Below, piece after piece: positions 1-6,989 of a stretch of DNA of 32,000 nt. The translations under genes and the position numbers were made by a program. The notes beneath the pieces are model-generated. The model saw nothing but the letters and a program-made list of their open reading frames with translations, was not told the DNA's origin and searched no databases. The stretch's first letter is position 1. Each line of letters opens with the position of its first letter. The stretch is from Planctopirus limnophila DSM 3776 (lineage in GTDB: Bacteria > Planctomycetota > Planctomycetia > Planctomycetales > Planctomycetaceae): the NCBI RefSeq assembly GCF_000092105.1, contig NC_014148.1:2070001-2102000 (forward strand). Reading direction: 5' to 3'.

Positions 1-304
1 AGGTGGAGCCGTTATCGCTTTGCTTAAACCCTTCCCAGTTGCCAGTGGGGTCGAGGTTCCAATCCTGCTTGAACGCGGTGGATGCCAGAGCGGTTTGGGT
101 GCCGTTGAGTGTGCCGCGGTGGGCGGTCTTTAACCGCTGGAGGCCGTCGTAGGTGTAGAGCCAGTCGTATTGGGCACTGTGGGCGGTGGCGATAGGGTTC
201 TTCCGCCAGATGCGGTTCGAGGCGCGGTCGTAGCCGTACTTGATGCGGTCGAGATCGGTCCCCGCTTTGTGCCAGCGGTTGTCCTTCACGCGGCCAAAGC
301 GATC
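1..304 (-). pseudogene. rhs core fragment (third rhs copy). It runs off the left edge and its 5' part is deleted relative to the 1055..3328 paralog
   Basis: nt 1-304 align collinearly with 2548-2857 (14 mismatches in the first 100 nt by hand count, one 6-nt indel). The minus-strand translation is YD/RHS-repeat sequence: FGRVKDNRWHKAGTDLDRIKYGYDRASNRIWRKNPIATAHSAQYDWLYTYDGLQRLKTAHRGTLNGTQTALASTAFKQDWNLDPTGNWEGFKQSDNGST. Homology then jumps to about 3258-3418, so about 400 nt of the paralog are missing. The conserved start position (GTG 358-360) is out of frame with the core and hits a stop after 24 codons. Confidence 0.6.
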
Positions 305-310
305 GAGGCG

Positions 311-348
311 GAAAAAGCCACTGCTGGAGGATTAGCCCCAGCAGTGGG
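311..348 (-). terminator. terminator-like hairpin inside the rhs junction element (copy A)
   Basis: 10-bp stem CCACTGCTGG (318-327) / CCAGCAGTGG (338-347) with a 10-nt loop. On the minus strand the stem is followed by CTTTTTCC. It lies 3' of the 523..1080 ORF and is positionally homologous to 3274-3303. Confidence 0.5.
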
Positions 349-413
349 AAAAAACTTCACGTCAATTGTCAAAGAGCAGAGAGATCAGGATGGAGGAGGC
401 AAAACTTCTCGTG

Positions 414-463
414 CCGCTGGCACACAGGTCGCTCGATAACGAACAACCTGTGCCACCGAGCGG
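414..463 (-). repeat. conserved imperfect hairpin, rhs junction element copy A
   Basis: GGCACACAGGT (419-429) and ACCTGTGCC (446-454) form a stem with a 2-nt AC bulge. A basal helix CCGCT/AGCGG extends it. The loop contains CGCTCG. The same core occurs at 3375-3409, 6753-6788 and 7312-7349. Confidence 0.7.
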
Positions 464-522
464 GTGGAAAATGTGGTGGTAGGCAACTGAGAAACAAAGG
501 CAGGATGTAGCCTGCACTACGG

Positions 523-1080
523 TTAATCTCTCTCACCAATTTTGCCGTGTTTGTTAACTTCCAAAACGAATCTGCTTTCTCTTTCGGTTGTAATTTCGGC
601 TATCGCACGCTGAGCGTATGAAACAAGAGTTTCATGCGATACTCCCGATCGACTGGCAGAATTCCATCTGTTTTCTATTTCCGCGGAAGCATCATTGAAG
701 CCTCTTTCATAAAACTCAAACATCACGCCGTTGGATTGACCCGAATGAAACAAAAGTCGTTCGGTATTTCCTGCAATCTTGTTTTCAAGCGACGCTTGCC
801 ATCCATAGAAGTGGCCTTCATACCAGTCAGATTTTCCAAGACGAAGAATTGGTGGCTTCTGTCCATCTTTGTCGCTATTTGATACGATACTAGTTGGAGG
901 GATGTCTGAGGGAGCTGTTAAATCTTGCGGATAGGAGAAAATGATTTCTCGGTCTTCTCCTCGTGTCTGTCTGCCGCTTGACGTGTCGCATCCTGTCTGT
1001 ATGAACGCTGTCAGCGCAAACGCCATTGAAAGACATCGGCCATATTTACAAAAACTATTTACTCTTGTTTGCATTCGCAT
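523..1080 (-). CDS. putative exported lipoprotein, candidate immunity protein for the 1055..3328 Rhs tip
   Basis: The ORF lies directly after the rhs stop. From the internal Met at 1080 the N-terminus reads MRMQTRVNSFCKYGRCLSMAFALTAFIQTGC: a basic n-region, a hydrophobic core and a Cys, which is lipobox-like though not canonical at position -3. The region is AT-rich like the toxin tip. The start overlaps the rhs 3' end by 26 nt. No family was recognised. Confidence 0.55.
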   Translation of the reverse strand: MRMQTRVNSFCKYGRCLSMAFALTAFIQTGCDTSSGRQTRGEDREIIFSYPQDLTAPSDIPPTSIVSNSDKDGQKPPILRLGKSDWYEGHFYGWQASLENKIAGNTERLLFHSGQSNGVMFEFYERGFNDASAEIENRWNSASRSGVSHETLVSYAQRAIAEITTERESRFVLEVNKHGKIGERD

Positions 1081-3328
1081 CTCCCCATTCGGCTTGGCAA
1101 ACTGCACAGTAGGCAATCTCATTGAATCGCTTGTTATCTTCGTAAGATTTGATCTTCTCCTTAAACTCTTTGTCATTCTTCCTGAGAACTACCATTGGGT
1201 TAACGTTTCCAAATCCATTGTTTGCGTGATACCAAAGTGCATCATCAGGGTTGAAGTAGAAAAAGTCAAAATTGAAGTAGTCTCCAGCTGATGCAGGGGG
1301 CCTTGAGAGAATAGCGTTCCAGGTTTTCTTGCCATTCAGCGAGAATTTTCCATTTTTTTCATTAATTGCAATTTCACGAGCCCCTCCTGGAGTGCCGTTG
1401 TTCCAGACAATGGCTATCAATCTCGCTTCAGTTCTTGTTCCGTAAATGTTTGTTCCAAATCCTTTGCAACATTCTTTGGTTTCGTTCATGTCCTTCATTC
1501 GCAGTCGCGCCTGTTCAGGATCACGGTAGCAATGTTGTAAATCTGGCAAAAACCCGTCTCGGAGCTCGAATCCGCTTGGGTTGAGTGTGTATCCGGGGAA
1601 GCCGAGCATGCAGAAAGTTACGCCAATGCAGCCGGCTTGTGCAGTATTTATAAAGTGGCCCTTTGGGATTGATGTTTTCACAAGTTGAAAGTTTTTATTC
1701 TGCCATTGAGATAGGGTATCCCATGGGAGCAGATTTTCTGACCATTCGTCCCACCATTGATCAACTGTCAAAACATCAAGACCATAAGGGTCAATAGTGT
1801 TCAATTGATTGACACGCTCATAGAGGGAGAGTCCGTCGACGTATCTCAATGGATCTCTTCGTGTCCATTTCCCTAACTTGAAATGCAAACATCGGTAGCG
1901 GGAATCATAAATCTTTGTGTGCAGATCGTAATGTGAGCCTCCGTATGCGACGATCCATTTGTTTGTGTTAGCTGAAGATGAGAAAATTAGATCTAGTTGT
2001 TGAACTTCCCCATACGGATCATACTCAAACCGTTCTTGTACCTCGCCCGCTTCATCCACAATGGTGGTAACATTCCAATTGGCGTCCTGGAGTGCGTAGA
2101 GACGTTCGTCGAGTGTCGTGGTGGTCGTCCGGTCTCTGAGGAGGCAGTCGTCGATGTATCTCAGGCCCCAGATGTGGTGCTGGCTGAGGGTGGAACTGGA
2201 ATCTGTGCGTTCTTCGATGTTCTGCCAACCGTCCGTGAAGTAGGCGTGAGTCGTTTCATCCAGCACTCCGGAGTCGTAGTTTTTGACAACCACTCGGAAG
2301 TTTCTGGCGTCGTACTGGTACTCGGCGACCGTTTCCAGCGTGCTGGAGACTTCTTCCTCCAGTTTGACCAACCGGTTCCAGGCGTCGTAGGTGGCGGTGT
2401 AGGCTTCGTCCATCTGCTTGGGTTTGGGGATGGTGGTCATGTTGCCGACGGCGTTGTAGGCCGGGTCGGCCCAGGCACTGCCCACCGTGTTGGTGATGTC
2501 GGTGATTTCGTTCACCGGGTTAGCCGTGCGTTCTTGTTCCATGCTCCAGGTGGAGCCGTTGTCACTCTGCTTAAATCCTTCCCAGTTGCCGGTGGGGTCG
2601 AGGTTCCAGTCCTGTTTGAAGGCCGTGCTGGTGAGAGCGGTTTGGGTGTTGTTGAGGGTGCCACGGTTGGCGGTCTTGAGGCGTTGGAGGCCGTCGTAGG
2701 TGTAGAGCCAGTCGTATTCGGCACTGTTGGCCGTGGCGACGGGGTTCTTCCGCCAGATGCGGTTCGAGGCTCGGTCGTAGCCGTACTGGATGCGGGAGAG
2801 GTCAGCGTTGGTCGAGGTGTTGTACCAGCGGGAGTCCTTCACCCGGCCAAAGCGATCCAGGCCGGTGTAGATGTCGCCCGTGTCGGGATCGTTGGAAACG
2901 CCTGCCAGCGTGTACCGCAGGTTCGGTTGGGGGCTGGTTTGCTGGATGACGCCTGCCAGGCCGAGGAATTCGTAATCGACCAGGTGGGTCAGGGAGAAAT
3001 CGTCGTCGATGATGGAGCCGATGCGGCTGAGGGCATCGTTGATTTCGTTGGTGGTGCCGTAGCCGTAGGTGAGTTCCCGACCGTTGGGGTAAGTGAGGCT
3101 CAATGGGCGCACTGTGTTGGTGCTGCCGTTGGCATAACCTCGCTGCACGCTGGGTGTGGTGCCGGTATTCACGGTGCCGTCATGCTCCTGGAACGTCTGG
3201 ATCGACTGCCCAAAATCATTGTACGTGAACTGCACCTGATTAACAGCATTTCCTGAGGTGGCGGCATCGAAAACCCCTGCCGGAGAGTGATCCCCGGCAG
3301 GGGGAGTAAACTTCATGTCGATTGTCAA
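1055..3328 (-). CDS. RHS repeat protein with a variable C-terminal toxin tip and no N-terminal domain
   Basis: YD-type repeats run throughout (YGYDRASNRIW, YTYDGLQRL, YQYDARNFRVV). RHS core end: YDSRYRCLHFKLGKWTRRDPLRYVDGLSLYERVNQLNTIDPYGL. A 240-aa unrelated tip follows. The start is uncertain (TTG 3328 or ATG 3316), and codons 8-20 coincide with a terminator-like hairpin. Confidence 0.9.
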   Translation of the reverse strand: MTIDMKFTPPAGDHSPAGVFDAATSGNAVNQVQFTYNDFGQSIQTFQEHDGTVNTGTTPSVQRGYANGSTNTVRPLSLTYPNGRELTYGYGTTNEINDALSRIGSIIDDDFSLTHLVDYEFLGLAGVIQQTSPQPNLRYTLAGVSNDPDTGDIYTGLDRFGRVKDSRWYNTSTNADLSRIQYGYDRASNRIWRKNPVATANSAEYDWLYTYDGLQRLKTANRGTLNNTQTALTSTAFKQDWNLDPTGNWEGFKQSDNGSTWSMEQERTANPVNEITDITNTVGSAWADPAYNAVGNMTTIPKPKQMDEAYTATYDAWNRLVKLEEEVSSTLETVAEYQYDARNFRVVVKNYDSGVLDETTHAYFTDGWQNIEERTDSSSTLSQHHIWGLRYIDDCLLRDRTTTTTLDERLYALQDANWNVTTIVDEAGEVQERFEYDPYGEVQQLDLIFSSSANTNKWIVAYGGSHYDLHTKIYDSRYRCLHFKLGKWTRRDPLRYVDGLSLYERVNQLNTIDPYGLDVLTVDQWWDEWSENLLPWDTLSQWQNKNFQLVKTSIPKGHFINTAQAGCIGVTFCMLGFPGYTLNPSGFELRDGFLPDLQHCYRDPEQARLRMKDMNETKECCKGFGTNIYGTRTEARLIAIVWNNGTPGGAREIAINEKNGKFSLNGKKTWNAILSRPPASAGDYFNFDFFYFNPDDALWYHANNGFGNVNPMVVLRKNDKEFKEKIKSYEDNKRFNEIAYCAVCQAEWGDANANKSK
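1058..1777 (-). other. variable C-terminal (toxin) domain of the 1055..3328 Rhs protein
   Basis: It begins right after DPYGL (the Leu codon is at 1778-1780). It is visibly AT-richer than the core. It contains NTAQAGCIGVTFCM and, further on, DALWYHANNGFGN. No family was recognised by eye. Confidence 0.7.
3268..3304 (-). terminator. terminator-like hairpin inside the rhs junction element (copy B)
   Basis: Stem CCCCTGCCGG (3274-3283) / CCGGCAGGGG (3294-3303) with a 10-nt loop. On the minus strand it is followed by TTTTCGAT. Relative to copy A, two stem positions differ, and both arms changed so that pairing is preserved. Confidence 0.5.
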
Positions 3329-3360
3329 AGAGCAGAACGATCAAGATAGAGTAGCTAAAA

Positions 3361-3418
3361 CCACATGTGTTGTTGGCACACAGGTCGCTCGTAGACTACA
3401 ACCTGTGCCACTATGTGG
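3361..3418 (-). repeat. conserved imperfect hairpin, rhs junction element copy B
   Basis: GGCACACAGGT (3375-3385) / ACCTGTGCC (3401-3409) with a CGCTCG loop start. The basal helix CCACAT (3361-3366) / ATGTGG (3413-3418) differs in sequence from copy A but is still complementary. Confidence 0.7.
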
Positions 3419-3468
3419 ATGTTTGTGTGGATATTGACGCAATCTCAAATAGTAAGACAACAAAGTGA

Positions 3469-3732
3469 TTACATGCAAAACCAAACCGTTGTTGATATAT
3501 TCCACAGAATCCAAAAAACAATCTGCGTACTTGATGTTTTAAGAAACCATTTGCTGGTTGTTTGTGCGTAATACAAACATGTTATTATATATGCTACTTG
3601 AGGAAGTAAGAGGATCAACTTGAGTTGCAGTGCGTATAGCACTGATTGTGTTGACGGAGATGGACGATTTGCTGTAATTACTGTCGCAGCATCAATGAGA
3701 AACGTCTGGCAAATCGTCCATATAAGCAGCAT
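3469..3732 (-). CDS. small hydrophobic protein (87 aa), possible membrane immunity protein; could be spurious
   Basis: ATG start 39 nt after the stop of 3772..4149, on the same strand. There are three hydrophobic stretches: LLIWTICQTFLIDAATVI, LILLLPQVAYIITCLYYA and QIVFWILWNISTTVWFCM. It lies in the most AT-rich part of the island and ends 57 nt before hairpin B. Confidence 0.3.
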   Translation of the reverse strand: MLLIWTICQTFLIDAATVITANRPSPSTQSVLYALQLKLILLLPQVAYIITCLYYAQTTSKWFLKTSSTQIVFWILWNISTTVWFCM

Positions 3733-3771
3733 AGATTCACTTCTTTCATTAATGCATGGTTGCGAATATGT

Positions 3772-4149
3772 CTATTCAGTGATGTTAACGCCACCGTATA
3801 ATTGAAACCATAGCTCGGGGCAGGGTGGTCGATGTTTCTTAAGACCAAAACTAGAGAAATTAAATATATTCCAGCTCATGTTTCCTGTTTCCATCGTCGG
3901 GACGCCTAATCCAGTCTGTCCACAATGTCCGTTGCGTCCATATCGCTCGTACCATGATGTGGCTGTAATACAGTTGTTAATACCCGTGTAGTATGGGTAT
4001 GGGAATTCGAAATTCTCCACAGCGTTTTGATTTTCCATCCATGCTTTAATGAGAAGCATATCATCCAATTCATCAGAAGCATACTCACCAAAGTTGATGT
4101 AGGGGGGGTCTTCCTTCTCCGCTTTGAATGCCCCAAGTGTTATTGCCAA
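3772..4149 (-). CDS. ORF overlapping the 3' end of rhs 4085..6757: either a frame-shifted continuation of the toxin tip or a separate immunity ORF
   Basis: It lies in the +1 frame relative to the rhs. That frame is open from 4221, but the only starts are TTG 4149 or ATG 4059. A C7 run (minus strand, 4102-4108) sits in the overlap, and 7->6 would fuse the two frames. The product has Cys/His and aromatic-rich sequence (NGHCGQTG, FPYPYYTG). Confidence 0.4.
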   Translation of the reverse strand: MAITLGAFKAEKEDPPYINFGEYASDELDDMLLIKAWMENQNAVENFEFPYPYYTGINNCITATSWYERYGRNGHCGQTGLGVPTMETGNMSWNIFNFSSFGLKKHRPPCPELWFQLYGGVNITE

Positions 4150-6757
4150 ACAGTGGGGCTTGAAAATGTAGTTCAGTGTATTGTTTGTTGGGAATGCCTT
4201 TTGTAAGCATGCCGTGATCTACGTTTAGGCGAATAAATTCATGGAGCTGAAAGCAGGTTTGCCTTCCGGGAGCATTTGGGTCAACGCGGATTATTCTGTT
4301 GAGGTCACACTGGGGTGTCGTTGGTGTGTGAACTTTTACACGCGGTTTAATAGGTTCGGTCTTTAATGTGTAATGATCAGCGTACCCTGTGCACCATATT
4401 CCGTACATAGTCCAGTCAAAATATGGTTCTTTCAATCCGCTAGGGTCTTTTCTCGAGGTAGAGGTATTTCGTGTATATCGCAGGAGTGAGGTGTCGCCTC
4501 CGCTAAACTCAATCGGATCTTCGCTTACGAATCTTCCCACTTCGGCGTCGTACCATCTGGCGCGGTACCAGTGGAGGCCCGTGTCTTCGTCGTATTCTCT
4601 CGCCGTGAAGGTATAATGCGGGAGGGGTTGGCCTGCTGTGCTGCCCGTGATTTGGCCGAAGGTGCTGTAGGTGAGGTGGTTGGTGACGGTGGTGGTACCC
4701 GCGTTGTGTTCGGCCACGTCGCGGATGGTGCCCAGGTGGTCGGCGAGGAGCCACTTGATGTTGCCAATGTCGTCTTCTTCGGCTAATGGCATGTCGATGC
4801 CGGGGCCGTGGAGGAATCGGGTGAGCAGGTCGCCGCTGTCATCGTGGATGAACACGCAGTCACTGGTGGTGCCTTTCGTGGTGGGGTCGAACGTGTAGTG
4901 GCGGATGTCGTTCCACGAGTTGTTGGCAGTCGAGTCCAGCTTGCGGGTAATGCGCTGGTTATGGATGTCGTAGGTGTAGGCCACTCGTTTCTGGGGCGTA
5001 TCGAGTGAGTCGCGGTGTTCGACTTGGGTCAGCCGGTTGCGGTGATCCCATGAATAGACCGTATAGTCGCCGGTGGCGACTTCCGTTTTACGGATGCGGT
5101 TGCCTTCGTCGTCGTAGAGGTATTCGTAGGTGCCGTCTTCCAGAAGCTGGTTGTTGGTGCCGGTGATGTAGCCGGTGTTCGTGCGGTTGCCGGTGAGGTC
5201 GTAGCTGTAGGCTTCATCGGGGGTCGTGGGGTGATCGGCGGCGGTGAGTTGGGCAATGGCGTCGTAGTCGTAAGCTGAGGTACCATCCAGAGTTTCATGG
5301 CTGGAGAGGCGGCGGTCGGCATCGTAGGTGTAGTAGTGCTGGGCCAGGATGGTGGCCGATTGAGCGTGCTTCAACTGCACGATCCGGCCATAATCGTCGA
5401 ACGTGAACGCGCTGTCGGCCAGTGAGGTGCCGCCTGAAACTTGTTCAAAGCGGCTGATGGCATGGGGGCGGTTCAGTACGTCGTAGCCGAACTCGACACG
5501 CTTTTCGGTGACCGAGTTACCGCCCACACTTCCCTGCTGTGTGATCTGCGTGGGCTGCCCCAACGCATTGTGGAGGTAGCTGTTGGTGAAATCGTCGCTG
5601 CTTTCGACTTGTGCCGCCAGCGAGAGGCGATTGCCAGCGCGGTTCCAGTCAGCCGTCAAGAGAACGTGGGGAACATCGTCGGTGCCGTCGTTATCGACCG
5701 TGGCGATGTGGCCGAAAAGGTCGTAAGTGTAGGCATACGCGGAGACATCGTCGGAAATCGACTGCAAGCGTCCTTCGGCATCGTAAGTTCGGCTGACGGT
5801 GTTCACAGTGCTGCCGCCGGTCTTCCAGAGTTCGGTGTCGGGTCGCCCGAGATCATCATGAACAAGTTGAATGACTCGTCCATTGCGATCGGTGCGTGTC
5901 TCTAAGTGACCAGCCGTGTTGTACGCGAAGAATCGCGATTTCCCCAAGGAATTTTCTTCTTCAATCACCCGGCCCACGCCATCGTAGCGCCAGGTGGTCG
6001 TGTTTTCTTCGGCATCAGTCAGCGAGAGTTGATGACCGGCGATATTGTAAGCCAGCGTTGTGACGGCGTCTCTTGCATCAGTGATGGTGAGGACGCGACC
6101 CAAGCCGTCGTAGGTCATCGACTCCGTTAATGCGAGGTTCGCCGGTGTGCGCTGAAGCACGTTTCCACTTTGATCGTACCAGACTTCATCGACCATCGCC
6201 GCACCCACGCTGCCGGTGGTGGGGTTGACGGCGTAGCGGCGGGATTGGTAGGGGCGGCCGAGGGGGTCGTAATCGGTTTCGATGCGGCTTAAGAGTGTGC
6301 CGGTGGGGGAGCCGTCGTAGCGTTCGCTGCGGATGAGTTGGCCGCGGAAGTCGTAGGTTTCTTTCTGGCAGAAGTTTTCTTCGCCCTGGGTGACGAGGCG
6401 GCGGCCACGGTAATCGTAGCTATACGTTGTTTCGCGCGTGGTGCTGCTATCGACGTGTTGCGTCGAGAGAATCGGGCGGCCCGCGATGTCGTATTCGGCT
6501 GCGGAGACGAGGACCGTATCATTTGACGGCCCCTCAGTGAGGGGTTGGGCCGCGGCGGGATCTGAATGGCTCGCAGAGAATGTCTCCCGCGAGCGGAAGG
6601 CCGACAAGCTGTCAATGGCGGAAGCGCCTGTGGAGCCTTGCTTAAGGAAGATTCCTGAAACATACCGCTCCGCTGCCCCACTGCCAGTGGTCGAGTCGTA
6701 TTCAGTAGTCTGGAAAAGTCCGGAGTTCGTTCGCAGGACAATGTCGCAGGGTGGCAC
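4085..6757 (-). CDS. RHS repeat protein with a variable C-terminal toxin tip; appears N-terminally truncated
   Basis: Dense YD repeats (YSYDYRGRRL, YDPLGRPYQS, MTYDGLGRVL, WRYDGVGRVI, YTYDADRRL, YLYDDEGNRI). Core end: YRARWYDAEVGRFVSEDPIEFSGGDTSLLRYTRNTSTSRKDPSGL. An AT-rich tip of 115 aa follows (4088..4432). The GTG start at 6757 comes six codons after an in-frame TAG, lies inside hairpin C, and reads straight into repeat sequence. Confidence 0.9.
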   Translation of the reverse strand: MPPCDIVLRTNSGLFQTTEYDSTTGSGAAERYVSGIFLKQGSTGASAIDSLSAFRSRETFSASHSDPAAAQPLTEGPSNDTVLVSAAEYDIAGRPILSTQHVDSSTTRETTYSYDYRGRRLVTQGEENFCQKETYDFRGQLIRSERYDGSPTGTLLSRIETDYDPLGRPYQSRRYAVNPTTGSVGAAMVDEVWYDQSGNVLQRTPANLALTESMTYDGLGRVLTITDARDAVTTLAYNIAGHQLSLTDAEENTTTWRYDGVGRVIEEENSLGKSRFFAYNTAGHLETRTDRNGRVIQLVHDDLGRPDTELWKTGGSTVNTVSRTYDAEGRLQSISDDVSAYAYTYDLFGHIATVDNDGTDDVPHVLLTADWNRAGNRLSLAAQVESSDDFTNSYLHNALGQPTQITQQGSVGGNSVTEKRVEFGYDVLNRPHAISRFEQVSGGTSLADSAFTFDDYGRIVQLKHAQSATILAQHYYTYDADRRLSSHETLDGTSAYDYDAIAQLTAADHPTTPDEAYSYDLTGNRTNTGYITGTNNQLLEDGTYEYLYDDEGNRIRKTEVATGDYTVYSWDHRNRLTQVEHRDSLDTPQKRVAYTYDIHNQRITRKLDSTANNSWNDIRHYTFDPTTKGTTSDCVFIHDDSGDLLTRFLHGPGIDMPLAEEDDIGNIKWLLADHLGTIRDVAEHNAGTTTVTNHLTYSTFGQITGSTAGQPLPHYTFTAREYDEDTGLHWYRARWYDAEVGRFVSEDPIEFSGGDTSLLRYTRNTSTSRKDPSGLKEPYFDWTMYGIWCTGYADHYTLKTEPIKPRVKVHTPTTPQCDLNRIIRVDPNAPGRQTCFQLHEFIRLNVDHGMLTKGIPNKQYTELHFQAPLFGNNTWGIQSGEGRPPLHQLW

Positions 6758-6788
6758 AGGCTGCTTGTCCGCGAGCTACCTGTGTGCC
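6753..6788 (+). repeat. junction hairpin copy C (loop orientation flipped)
   Basis: GGCACAGG (6753-6760) / ACCTGTGTGCC (6778-6788). The loop ctgcttgtccgcgagct carries GCGAGC next to the right arm, which is the reverse orientation of the CGCTCG seen next to the left arm in copies A, B and D. Confidence 0.6.
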
Positions 6789-6937
6789 GAAGGCAAAAGA
6801 AGTTTGGCTGCTGCAAGCACTGCAATACGAGTCTCTGATGATCTCAGGTGACTCAAGCAGATTTGCGGCTCTGCCAGTCCCCTCCTGTGGCGAAGCCACC
6901 CAAGTAGAAATCATAATCTCAATCGGGGCCACCTGCG
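6778..6937. repeat. repeated intergenic unit X (about 155-160 nt)
   Basis: Collinear with 7339-7491. Shared blocks: ACCTGTGTGCC..AGGCAAAAGA, GACTCAaGCAG, CCTCcTGTGG, and the distal block CCACCcaaGTAGAAATCAtaATcTCAAtCGGGGCCACCTGCG (6896-6937). Confidence 0.7.
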
Positions 6938-6989
6938 GCATAAGCACCTTGGAAGACATTAGAGTTTACCTTGGGTATTCTCCAAGCAA

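Noticed and set aside
1081-1176. N-terminal 32-codon extension of the lipoprotein ORF
   Set aside because: It lies inside the rhs coding sequence. The internal Met at 1080 gives a proper signal peptide.
1-2857. Diversity-generating retroelement (template/variable repeat pair) as an explanation for the 1-304 versus 2548-2857 repeat
   Set aside because: The mismatches are a mix of transitions and transversions at all four bases, not adenine-specific. There is a 6-nt indel and no reverse transcriptase in the window. Paralogous rhs cores explain the repeat.
1997-3256. Long plus-strand ORFs antisense to the rhs genes (1997..3256, 419 aa; also 5441..5905, 6438..6851, 4571..4786 and others)
   Set aside because: These are shadow ORFs in GC-rich repeat DNA. 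They are Gly/Val/Ala-rich low-complexity translations with no motifs, while the opposite strand carries unmistakable YD/RHS sequence.
414-3418. Integron attC sites (imperfect hairpins with extrahelical bases after each cassette)
   Set aside because: No GTTRRRY/RYYYAAC core sites are recognisable, no integrase gene is in the window, and the cassettes are far larger than usual integron cassettes. Only the analogy is kept, inside the junction-element finding.
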